Source of the DNA: Planctomycetaceae bacterium
GTDB lineage: Bacteria > Planctomycetota > Planctomycetia > Pirellulales > UBA1268
DNA: 64,000 bases
Reading direction: 5' to 3'
NCBI GenBank assembly: GCA_005791575.1
Contig: SXWA01000078.1
Coordinates: 6,688 to 70,687, forward strand
A program made the translations under genes and the position numbers. Numbering within the stretch: the stretch's first letter is position 1; every line of letters starts with the position of its first letter. Below the pieces are notes generated by a model. The model had not been told where the DNA came from and searched no databases. It saw only the letters and a list, made by a program, of their open reading frames with translations. Positions 8,598 to 16,647 of this stretch are shown in pieces.

Positions 8598-10268
8598 ATG
8601 TTGTTGGGGGCGGTGTTCGAGCGCGAGGTAGGGTGCGCCCCGCGGGCCCGCGGGTGGTTCGTCGCCCGGGCGGTCTACTGCGGGGCCCTGCTGGCGATCA
8701 TCGCCACCTGCTGGTTGGTGGTGACGGGCACGCAGTCGGTCGCCACCGCCGGCGACACCGCCCGATTCGGCGCCACCCTGCTGCGGATCCTGGCGCCGCT
8801 CCAACTCTCGCTGGCAGTGCTCGCCGCCGCCCTGGCCGGGGCAGTCGCCGTGAGCGCGGAGAAGGATCGGCGCACGCTGGAGCTCCTGCTCGTCAGCCGG
8901 CTCACCGATCGGGAACTGGTGCTCGGGAAGCTCGCGGGCAGCCTTGTCAGGGTCGTCCTGCTGCTGGTCGCGGCGGTGCCGATGTTCGCGATCGCGGCGC
9001 TGTTCGGCGGAGTGACCGTCCCGCAGCTCGCACGACTGTTCGTGGTGACGATGGCCGCCGCGCTGGCGGCGGCGAGCATCGCCACCGCCGTCGCCTTCTG
9101 GAAGGACACCACCTTCCAGACCCTCGCCATCACCCTCTTCCTGTTGGCGACGTGGGTGGCGGTCGGCGAGACCCTCGCCGCGACGCGTGGTCCGCTGGCG
9201 GGCGCCGCCGTGTCGCCGGCGCGCGCGGTGTTCGCCGCCCTGGCGCCGGAGGGGGGCCGCACGCTGGTGCCATTCCTCGCCGTGTGTGCCGCGCTGATCG
9301 GCGGAGCGAACGCCGTGGCGGTCGCCTGCCTGCGGCGCTGGAACGTGGCGCGGGAGGCGCGGCGGCCGGCGTCCGCCGAGCAAGCCGCCGCCTTCCGGCC
9401 GGCGCGGAAGGTGTGGAGCAACCCGATTCTCTGGCGTGAGATCTGCACCCGGGCGTATGGCCGGATGATCATCCTCGTCAGACTCGCATGGCTGGCCCTG
9501 TTCGCCGTCGCGGTCGTGGGAATCGTGCGCGAGGCGGCGGCCGCGCGGCCCGACCGGTTCGCGGTGGCGATGGCGGTGGTCCCGATGGCGCTGGCGAGCC
9601 TGGTCGCGGTGGCGGCACTCGCCGTCACCAGCATCACGACCGAACGCGACCGGGGCGCGCTCGATCTGCTCCTCGTGAGCGACCTCGAACCGGCGGAGTT
9701 CGTCTGGGGCAAACTCCTCGGCGTGCTGGTCGTGGCCCGCGAGATCGTCCTTCTCCCCCTGTTTCTCTGCGTGGTGCTCGTGGCCACCGGCATCACCACG
9801 GTCGAGAACGGCATCTACCTCGCGGTGGGGATGGCGGCACTGCTGTTTTTCGCCGCGGTGCTCGGGTTCCACGTCGGCTTGTCGTATGCGGCGTCACGGC
9901 AGGCGATCGCCGTAGCGCTGGGAACGGTCGCGTTCCTGTTCATCGGTGTGGCCACCGCGATGCGGATCATGGTGGCGTTCGGCTCCAGTTTCGAGCTCCA
10001 ACTGGCACCCTTCCTCGCGGTGATCGTCGGTGGGGCGGTCGGACTCTACGCGGCGCTGTCGGCCCGCAACCCCTCCCCCGCGATCGCCTGGGCGTCGGCC
10101 CTCCTGCCAGCGCTGACGTTCGTCGCGATCACCGGATTTCTCCAGGGCAACAGCCTCCAGGTCCTCCTCGTGGTGCTGGTGGCCTACGGGTTTGCCACGA
10201 CCGCGCTCCTCGTCCCGGCGATCGGCGCCTTCGATCTGCTCACGGGGCGGACGACTGCGGCTGATTGA
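8598..10268 (+). CDS. ABC-2-type transporter permease, internally duplicated (two 6-TM-like halves)
   Basis: The 556-aa ORF has two halves that each carry the motif E(K/R)DR.TLELLLVS.L....(V/F)..GKL followed by hydrophobic helices (SAEKDRRTLELLLVSRLTDRELVLGKLAG and TTERDRGALDLLLVSDLEPAEFVWGKLLG). Confidence 0.75.
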   Translation: MLLGAVFEREVGCAPRARGWFVARAVYCGALLAIIATCWLVVTGTQSVATAGDTARFGATLLRILAPLQLSLAVLAAALAGAVAVSAEKDRRTLELLLVSRLTDRELVLGKLAGSLVRVVLLLVAAVPMFAIAALFGGVTVPQLARLFVVTMAAALAAASIATAVAFWKDTTFQTLAITLFLLATWVAVGETLAATRGPLAGAAVSPARAVFAALAPEGGRTLVPFLAVCAALIGGANAVAVACLRRWNVAREARRPASAEQAAAFRPARKVWSNPILWREICTRAYGRMIILVRLAWLALFAVAVVGIVREAAAARPDRFAVAMAVVPMALASLVAVAALAVTSITTERDRGALDLLLVSDLEPAEFVWGKLLGVLVVAREIVLLPLFLCVVLVATGITTVENGIYLAVGMAALLFFAAVLGFHVGLSYAASRQAIAVALGTVAFLFIGVATAMRIMVAFGSSFELQLAPFLAVIVGGAVGLYAALSARNPSPAIAWASALLPALTFVAITGFLQGNSLQVLLVVLVAYGFATTALLVPAIGAFDLLTGRTTAAD

Positions 10269-10331
10269 GGTCCGCCGACGACCGCGACCGCGGAGCGACG
10301 ACGGTCGGCTGGTCCACCGGGCGAGAGTGCA

Positions 10332-10418
10332 CCTGATTCACCGGCGCCTGATTCACCGGCGCCTGATTCACCGGCGCCTGGAGCACCGGCGCCTGGAGCA
10401 CCGGCGCCTGGAGCACGC
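10332..10418. repeat. 15-bp tandem repeat, about 5.8 copies in two variant blocks
   Basis: CCTGATTCACCGGCG occurs 3 times, then CCTGGAGCACCGGCG occurs about 2.8 times. The array sits in the 168-bp gap between the convergent stops at 10268 (+) and 10437 (-). Confidence 0.9.
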
Positions 10419-10436
10419 TACCGACGGGCGGCGTGC

Positions 10437-11264
10437 TCAGCGGCGGGGCTCGGCCGCGGCCGGAGACGCGGCGACCGCGGCCGGCGCCGGCACCGTCAGG
10501 GCCGCGAGCCGTTCGACGCCCTCCGCCGACCCGTTGGTCTCGACGGCCCGACGGTAGCTGGCGATCGCGTCGGCGGTGCGGCCGAGTGACTCCTGCGCCA
10601 ACCCCTCCATCACCAGCACGTCGGCCGGTACCCGATCGGCACCGTAGGTTTCCCCGAGGATTGCCAGCGTGGCGAGAACGCGCTGGGGTCGATCCAGACG
10701 GCGGTACACCGTCGCCGTGTCGAGGAGCAGGCCCCTGTCGTCGGGTGCCAGCGCCAGGCCGCGGTGGAAGTCGGCCAACGCCTCACGGTCCTGACCGCGG
10801 GCGAGCGCGACCTGCCCGTGCACCCGCCACGCCGCCGCGGAACCGGTGTCGAGGCGCGTGGCCTCGGCGGCGAGGCGTTCGGCGTCGTCGAGGAGGCCGA
10901 TCTCGGTGTACATCCGCGCGGCGACGACGCACAGTTCCGGATCGCTGGGGCTGTGGCGCAGCGCTGCGGCGATCTGGTCGACGGCCGCCAGACGCTCTCC
11001 CCGTTCCCAGAGGACCTCCGCGTAGTGCTGCCGCGCCTCGACATCGGCGGGACAGCTGCGGACGGCGCGGTCGAGGAGCCGCTGGGCCTGGTCCAATTCG
11101 TTCCGGTCGGCGGCCGCGAGCCCCTCATTGGCAAGCCGACGGGCCTGGGCGAGTTCGGCCGGTGCGGGACCGGTGCGGGGGAGCAGCCGGCAGCCGGAGA
11201 GCGCACTGGCGCCGACAAGGAGGCCAGCCAACAGCCGCGCGGCGGACGGACGGGGGAGGTTCAC
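10437..11264 (-). CDS. TPR-repeat lipoprotein
   Basis: The 275-aa ORF has a lipobox (LLVGASALSGC) after MNLPRPSAARLLAG. The rest is TPR-like repeats (A..L..A......P.......A..Y...G..D.A). Confidence 0.85.
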   Translation of the reverse strand: MNLPRPSAARLLAGLLVGASALSGCRLLPRTGPAPAELAQARRLANEGLAAADRNELDQAQRLLDRAVRSCPADVEARQHYAEVLWERGERLAAVDQIAAALRHSPSDPELCVVAARMYTEIGLLDDAERLAAEATRLDTGSAAAWRVHGQVALARGQDREALADFHRGLALAPDDRGLLLDTATVYRRLDRPQRVLATLAILGETYGADRVPADVLVMEGLAQESLGRTADAIASYRRAVETNGSAEGVERLAALTVPAPAAVAASPAAAEPRR

Positions 11265-11401
11265 GGGAGCGGGAGGGTAACCACCGCCAACGGTGGCGGC
11301 AATCGCTGCGGGAACCTACGGAACCGCCGCAGGCCACCCAGGTTGTCGCGACGGTGCTGCCCTTGCCGGCGGCGGGGCCGCGCCCGTACCAACCCGCCCC
11401 C

Positions 11402-12013
11402 ATGTGCGCGTTTTCGATCCCACCGTCGCCGCCCCGTCCCGCCGACCGGCGGCTGGCGGCGATCCTCTGGGCCACCGTGGCCGTGCTCCCCTCCGGTTGC
11501 GAGGTCCGCGACGAGGTCGGGGGGGTCCCGTCCGCGGCCCGGCACGTGTCGGGAGCGGCACGCCTGCTCGACCGGGTACCGAGCAGCGGTCCGCGGCAGG
11601 CGGCGGGAGCCACCGAGCCACGCGTCACCCCGACGGTGGAGTTCGTCGAGGGGTATGAGGCGGGGGTCCGCCGCGCGCGGACCGAGGCACGGCCAATGGT
11701 TCTGGTGTTCAAGGCGGTATGGTGCCGGCACTCGGGCATGCTGCTGCAGCGGACACTGCTCGACCCGCGGGTGGTGGAGCTCTCGCGGCGTTACGTCTGC
11801 GTGGCGATCGATGCCGACCGGGAACCCGACGTCTGCCGCCGCTATGCGGTCACGGCCTTTCCGACGCTGATCGTGGTCGATGCCGCCGGCCGCGCCGGGC
11901 CCCCGACCGTCGGCCGACCGTCGGCGCTGGATCTGCTGGCGGTGTTGGAAGCGGGTGACCGGGACGATGGACCGGAGCGGATCGCGACCGGCGACGACGC
12001 GGTCGCCCGGTGA
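11402..12013 (+). CDS. Thioredoxin-fold lipoprotein with a CxxS (monothiol) motif
   Basis: Only the C-terminal 203 aa of the 526-aa track ORF look real. The ATG at 11402 gives a lipobox (VAVLPSGC). The thioredoxin-like core is PMVLVFKAVWCRHSGML...YAVTAFPTLIVVD. Confidence 0.7.
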   Translation: MCAFSIPPSPPRPADRRLAAILWATVAVLPSGCEVRDEVGGVPSAARHVSGAARLLDRVPSSGPRQAAGATEPRVTPTVEFVEGYEAGVRRARTEARPMVLVFKAVWCRHSGMLLQRTLLDPRVVELSRRYVCVAIDADREPDVCRRYAVTAFPTLIVVDAAGRAGPPTVGRPSALDLLAVLEAGDRDDGPERIATGDDAVAR

Positions 12014-12092
12014 GCACCACCGGTCGGGTACGATCGCCGGTCCGGCTCGGCCACCGACGGGCGCCGGTGACGGATCGGCATGAGGAGGAGCC

Positions 12093-13277
12093 ATGGAGGG
12101 GGACCAAGGCGGGGCTGCGACCGGTGGTGTGACGCCGGCCCCGCGACCGGGTCAGGCCGAGAAACCGTTTCACCCCTACCCGGTGTGGACGCCGCGGTTC
12201 TGGCATGGAATGCCCCTCTCGGTCTGGGGGGGGCTCGTGGCCGAACACCACTGCCGCTGCTCCCCGAGCCGCCTCGGCCTGTTTGCCTCGGTGAGCCTCG
12301 CCTCGGTCTTCAACTCGATCGCCGGTGGCCTCACCACCCTCACCCATGGCCGGCGGATCCGCTGCCCGCCGCAGACCCCCCCGCCGGTGTTCATCATCGG
12401 GCATTGGCGGAGCGGGACGACGCTCCTCCACGAGCTGCTGATGCTCGACGGGCGCTTCTGCTGTCCGAACACGTTCCAGTGCATCGCCCCCGGGCACTTC
12501 CTCCTCACGGAACCGTTCCTCGCTCCACTTGTCGCCTGGCTGATGCCGGCGAAACGGCCGATGGACGACGTCGCTGCGGGCCCCGACCGCCCGCAGGAGG
12601 ACGAGTTCGCGCTCGCCAATCTCGGCGCTCCGTCACCCTACCGACGGATGGCCTTTCCGGCGACCAGCCCACCGTGGCCCGTGGCACTCGACCTCGAGTC
12701 GTTGCCTCCCGCGGAGCGGGTTCGATGGCAGGGGGTGATGCGCTGGTTCCTCGCGGCATTGGCGGTGCACGATCCGCGGCGGCCGGTGCTCAAAAGCCCT
12801 CCCCACACTGCCCGGATGGCGATCCTCGCGGAGATGTTCCCCGGGGCGCGGTTCCTCCACGTGGTCCGTGATCCGTTCGTCGTCTTTCCCTCCACCGTCC
12901 GGCTGTGGCGGTCGCTGCACCACACCCAGGGCTTGCAGGTCGATCCGGGAACCCAGCTCGAGGAGTACGTCTTCACGGCCTTCGAGACGATGTACCGGGC
13001 GTTCGAACGCGACCGCGCGGGCCTGCCGCCCGGGGCGCTGCACGAAGTGCGCTACGAGGACCTGGTCGCCGACCCGGTGGGCTGCCTGGAGCAGGCCTAC
13101 GGGCAACTCGATCTCGGGGATTTCGCCGCGGTTCGTCCCGCCTTGGAGGCCGAGGCACGTTCGATGCGTGACTACCGCACCAACAGCTATCAGCACGATC
13201 CGCGCATCGTGGCGGCGATCGGCCGCCGCTGGAGCGGATTCATCGAGCGCTATGGCTACCGGCCACCGGCAGCTTGA
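12093..13277 (+). CDS. Sulfotransferase-family protein
   Basis: The 394-aa ORF has a PAPS 5'-phosphosulfate-binding loop (IIGHWRSGTTLLHELL) and a 3'-phosphate motif (HVVRDPFVVFPS). A GAGGAGG ribosome-binding site precedes the ATG. Confidence 0.8.
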   Translation: MEGDQGGAATGGVTPAPRPGQAEKPFHPYPVWTPRFWHGMPLSVWGGLVAEHHCRCSPSRLGLFASVSLASVFNSIAGGLTTLTHGRRIRCPPQTPPPVFIIGHWRSGTTLLHELLMLDGRFCCPNTFQCIAPGHFLLTEPFLAPLVAWLMPAKRPMDDVAAGPDRPQEDEFALANLGAPSPYRRMAFPATSPPWPVALDLESLPPAERVRWQGVMRWFLAALAVHDPRRPVLKSPPHTARMAILAEMFPGARFLHVVRDPFVVFPSTVRLWRSLHHTQGLQVDPGTQLEEYVFTAFETMYRAFERDRAGLPPGALHEVRYEDLVADPVGCLEQAYGQLDLGDFAAVRPALEAEARSMRDYRTNSYQHDPRIVAAIGRRWSGFIERYGYRPPAA

Positions 13278-13987
13278 CGGCGGGGGGCGTGGAACCGCAC
13301 GCGCGGCCCGGCCTCGACAGCGCGCTGTTCCGCCGCGAACTCCTCTGGCGTCATCCACAGCCGTCGTTCGGCGCGGCGCCGCGCCAGGGCCCATCCGGCG
13401 AGCCCCATGGCCGCGGCGCTGCCCGCCACCGGCAGGAGAATCCTCCGGGCGGTCTCCAGGCTCCCCTGGGCGGTGGCCATCGCATCGGTGGCCAGTGCCC
13501 ATGCCAGACCGTGACACGACCAGACGACGGCTGCGGCGACGAGCGCCAGGCCGATCGCTCCTCCCGCGATCGTCCGCAGCGTGTCGGCGGAGAGGATCCG
13601 CGCCAGGCCCGTCCAGGGGGCGATGCGGCGCAGATCGAAAGCGGCCCGACCGGGGTGCCACTGCACGCCGTCGCAGGCCATACGCACCGCCACGGCGGCC
13701 GCTGTGGCGGCACAGACGATCGTCACCGTCGGCCCCAGCACCGCGACGGCACCGCCCCAGACCGCCACCGTGTCCTCCCCGCGAACCGCCGCCGGGAGGG
13801 CGCTCTGGAAAAACGCGGCCGCCGCGCCGGCGGTCGCCTCCAGCCAGCGGGGCAGCAGCAGGATCGTCACCACCGCCGATGCTCCCCAGGCCGGCAGCGT
13901 GGCGGTGGGGATGAGGCCGGCCCGCCGGGCAGCGTCGCGGCGCCGGGGGGTCGGGGGCAGGCTACGGTCGGCGGTGCTGTCGGACAT
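13256..13987 (-). CDS. flhB: FlhB/SctU-family export-gate protein, transmembrane domain only (no C-terminal autocleavage domain)
   Basis: The 243-aa ORF has an N-terminus DRSLPPTPRRRDAARRAGLIPTA (compare FlhB EKTE.PTPKRL.DARKKGQV.KS). It has four hydrophobic segments. FDLRRIAPWTGLARILS resembles the FlhB P..GLKRIFS box and MTPEEFAAEQRAVEAGPRV resembles MSKQEVKDE.K..EGDP.IK. The ORF stops about 15 aa later, so no NPTH region is present. Confidence 0.8.
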   Translation of the reverse strand: MSDSTADRSLPPTPRRRDAARRAGLIPTATLPAWGASAVVTILLLPRWLEATAGAAAAFFQSALPAAVRGEDTVAVWGGAVAVLGPTVTIVCAATAAAVAVRMACDGVQWHPGRAAFDLRRIAPWTGLARILSADTLRTIAGGAIGLALVAAAVVWSCHGLAWALATDAMATAQGSLETARRILLPVAGSAAAMGLAGWALARRRAERRLWMTPEEFAAEQRAVEAGPRVRFHAPRRQAAGGR

Positions 13988-14005
13988 GGCGGGGTGGGGA
14001 TGGTG

Positions 14006-14809
14006 TCAGCCGGCCGGTGTTCCACCGGTGGCCAGTTCGATGACCGACGATGCCGCCGTGGCGGCCCGGCCGCTCCAGGCGGGGGCGGTGACCAGCAGGC
14101 TGGCGAGCACCAGTGCGGCGACAAGTCCCTGCACGACACCGGGACCGGGTACGAACCGGATCGTGCGCAGGCACATCGCGATGGAGAGGTGGCAGGCGAT
14201 GACGGCGACGAGGGCCGGCACGGCGAGCCCGAGCGCCAGTTCCAGGGCCGCCCCGGGGAGGCTGACGAGGATCGCGCCGGGATCGGCCAATGGGGCCACC
14301 GCCGCGCCGCCGGTGACCATGCCGACGGGAATCGCCTCCAGACTCCACAGCAGCGCCGTGACCAGGGTCCGACACCCGCCGGTGGCGAGGAACGCCGCCG
14401 CTCCCATCCACCACCCGAGGCGGGCGATGCCGGCTGATTGGGGATCGCCCGCCGGCAGGTCGTCGTCCCACGCGAGACCGGTCGGGCCGGCGAGCATGCT
14501 CCCGCTCCAGCCGCCGAGGCCGATCGCCATGGCCGCCACCGTCCCCAGGGCCCAGCCACACGCCATCTCGCCGACGAGCACCAGCGGCACCCGGGACCAG
14601 TGATCGACCACGCCGGCGGCGGGAAGCCCGGCCACCGCCGGCAGTGCCGCGACGACCAGCGCGATGGCGGCGCAGACCGTCACCCGGAGCGGAAGATCGG
14701 CGAGCGTGCCCCGCGAGGTCGCGATCGTGGCGGCCACGATCCGCAGCGCGGCACCGCCTGCCAGGCAGGCGATCGCGCGGGCGTCGGTGTCGGGGGTCAG
14801 GGGGACCAT
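14006..14809 (-). CDS. fliR: FliR/SctT-family export-gate protein
   Basis: The 267-aa ORF is a polytopic membrane protein in the canonical position between fliQ and flhB. The pattern of Gly/Ala-rich helices is consistent with FliR. Confidence 0.8.
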   Translation of the reverse strand: MVPLTPDTDARAIACLAGGAALRIVAATIATSRGTLADLPLRVTVCAAIALVVAALPAVAGLPAAGVVDHWSRVPLVLVGEMACGWALGTVAAMAIGLGGWSGSMLAGPTGLAWDDDLPAGDPQSAGIARLGWWMGAAAFLATGGCRTLVTALLWSLEAIPVGMVTGGAAVAPLADPGAILVSLPGAALELALGLAVPALVAVIACHLSIAMCLRTIRFVPGPGVVQGLVAALVLASLLVTAPAWSGRAATAASSVIELATGGTPAG

Positions 14810-14837
14810 GGGCCTGCCGGGTCGGGGATCGGGGGTG

Positions 14838-15089
14838 TCAGGACGGAGGAACCGCGGCCTGAACGAGGAGATCGACCAGTCGTTCCGCCATCCACGGCAG
14901 CGTGATCAGCAGGACCGTGGCCATGGCCGCCAGCCGGGGCACCAGGGCGAGGACCGGTTCATGGATCCCGGTCGCGGACTGGACCAGCCCGACCACGGCC
15001 GCAACCAGGAGGCCGACCAGCAGCATCGGGGCCGCCACGAGCATGACCGTCCACACCGCCTGCCGGACGAGGTCGCACAGTTCGGTCAT
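14838..15089 (-). CDS. fliQ: FliQ/SctS-family export-gate protein
   Basis: The internal ATG at 15089 is preceded by GGGAGG. It gives an 83-aa two-helix protein, MTELCDLVRQAVWTVMLVAAPMLLVGLLVAAVVGLVQSATGIHEPVLALVPRL.., which fits the FliQ pattern. Confidence 0.85.
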   Translation of the reverse strand: MTELCDLVRQAVWTVMLVAAPMLLVGLLVAAVVGLVQSATGIHEPVLALVPRLAAMATVLLITLPWMAERLVDLLVQAAVPPS

Positions 15090-15109
15090 CGTTCCTCCCG
15101 TTCGCCGCG

Positions 15110-16015
15110 TCAGCCGCTGGGCATCAGGCCGTCGAGCAGCGATCGCACCACCAACGTCCATCCGTCGGCCATCACGAACACCATCAGCTTCAGCGGCAGC
15201 GCGACGACCGCGGGGGGCAGGGTCACCAGCCCCGTCGACAGCACCAGGGTGGCCACCAGGAGATCGATCACCAGGAAGGGCAGCAGGAGCCGGAAGCCGA
15301 TGCGGAAGGCGACGTCGAGCTCGCTGACGAGGAAGGCGGGCAGCAGGCTCTCCAAGGGGACGTCGTCGTAGCTGCGGATCGCCGTCGGGCGGGAGGGATG
15401 CCGCTCCAGGAAGAGCAGCATCGTGTCACGGTTGCCCGCCTCCTCGATCTGACCCGCCATCCAGCGCCGCACCGGGAGACTGCCGCGCTCCACGGCGGTC
15501 GCCAACTCCACCCGACCCGCCTGATACGGTTCGACACCTTCCGTCCAGGCCTGTGTCCAGACGGGCCAGATCACCAGCGCGGAGAGGAACAGCGCGAGGC
15601 TGGTGACGATCTGGTTGGAGGGCAGTTGGGGGGTACCGAGCCCCTGCCGCAGCAACGTGAGGACCACGGAGATCCGCACGAACGACGTGGTCATGAGGAG
15701 CAGCGCCGGGGCGAGGCTCACCACCCCGAAGACCACCGCGGCCGACAGCGAGGCGTCGAGCGAGCGCCCGCCGATGAGCCGCAGCGCCGCCGCCACGACC
15801 GGCGACTCGGCCGCCCCGGTGGCCGCGGGGAGGGGGCGGACCGCAGCCGGATCGCTTCCCACCGGATCGGCACCGGGGGCATCGCCGTGCGCGACGCCTG
15901 CCCAGGCGAACGACAGCAGGAGGGCCGCGACGAGCCGGTGCACGCACCACCGACGCGAGCGCCGGAGGGGGGTTCCGCGGGGGCGCAGCCGCGCCTCGGG
16001 ATCGGAGGTCGTCAT
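15110..16015 (-). CDS. fliP: FliP/SctR-family export-gate protein
   Basis: The 301-aa ORF has a signal-like N-terminus. Hallmark FliP blocks are present: MTTSFVRISVVLTLLRQGLGTPQLPSNQIVTSLALFLS and PAFLVSELDVAFRIGFRLLLPFLVIDLLVATLVLSTGLVTLPPAVVALPLKLMVFVMADGW. Confidence 0.9.
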   Translation of the reverse strand: MTTSDPEARLRPRGTPLRRSRRWCVHRLVAALLLSFAWAGVAHGDAPGADPVGSDPAAVRPLPAATGAAESPVVAAALRLIGGRSLDASLSAAVVFGVVSLAPALLLMTTSFVRISVVLTLLRQGLGTPQLPSNQIVTSLALFLSALVIWPVWTQAWTEGVEPYQAGRVELATAVERGSLPVRRWMAGQIEEAGNRDTMLLFLERHPSRPTAIRSYDDVPLESLLPAFLVSELDVAFRIGFRLLLPFLVIDLLVATLVLSTGLVTLPPAVVALPLKLMVFVMADGWTLVVRSLLDGLMPSG

Positions 16016-16647
16016 GCGGCACCCCGCGACGCGGGGGGCACAGCGGCAACGGGGGCCGGGGGCGCGGTCGGGGTCGGAAGCAGAGGCGTTGCAGGCGCGT
16101 GCTCCGGGCCGGGGCTGGCGACTGTGCCCGCCGTGACCGGGCCGCTCGTCCCGTCGGCATCGCCGCCGAGCGGATCGTCGGTTTCAGCCAAGAGATGGCA
16201 GCCGTTGGGGGAAATGCCCACGAGAAGCGTGCGACGGCCGAACCGGACGACGCGCAGCCCATGTTGTCCACCGAGTGGCAATGCACCGAGGAGCGCCACC
16301 GACTGTGACGGGAGTGCCGCATCGCGGCGCGGGCCGACGCCGCGCAGGATCGCCACCGCGGCGGCCAGGGCTCCGAGGAAGGCCGCCAGCTGCCAGCCCC
16401 AGGGTGACTGGGCTCCCCCCTCCCCCCGGCGCGGGCCGCGGATCGGGCTGCGTTCGAGATCGAAGGGGCTCGGATCGTCGAGGCGGCCCGGGGGTGAGGC
16501 GAGGATCTCCTCCGCGCCCTGTGCCTCCGCGCGGGGTTCCCCCCCGGCATCGGTCTCCGCGGCATGCGCTGGAGTGAAGACCGTGACCGGTGCCACGAGC
16601 AGCAGCGCGAGCAGACCGCTGACGAGCGCCCCGGATCGGGTGTCCAT
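16012..16647 (-). CDS. fliO: FliO-like protein
   Basis: It has a signal sequence, one TM helix (WQLAAFLGALAAAVAILRGV) and a FliO-like C-terminal block (LRVVRFGRRTLLVGISPNGCHLLAE). Its ATG shares one base with the fliF stop (TGATG). Its stop overlaps the fliP start by 4 nt. Confidence 0.65.
   Translation of the reverse strand: MDTRSGALVSGLLALLLVAPVTVFTPAHAAETDAGGEPRAEAQGAEEILASPPGRLDDPSPFDLERSPIRGPRRGEGGAQSPWGWQLAAFLGALAAAVAILRGVGPRRDAALPSQSVALLGALPLGGQHGLRVVRFGRRTLLVGISPNGCHLLAETDDPLGGDADGTSGPVTAGTVASPGPEHAPATPLLPTPTAPPAPVAAVPPASRGAA

Noticed and set aside
8463-9872. A 469-aa - strand ORF and the overlapping 379-aa ORF at 8675-9814
   Set aside because: Both are antisense to the ABC-2 permease. 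Their translations are Arg/Gly/His/Glu-rich and lack hydrophobic cores.
10192-10557. A 121-aa + strand ORF with the striking peptide HLIHRRLIHRRLIHRRLEHRRLEHRRLEH
   Set aside because: The periodic peptide is simply the 15-bp DNA tandem repeat read in frame. The ORF begins inside the permease gene in another frame and has no coding-like flanks.
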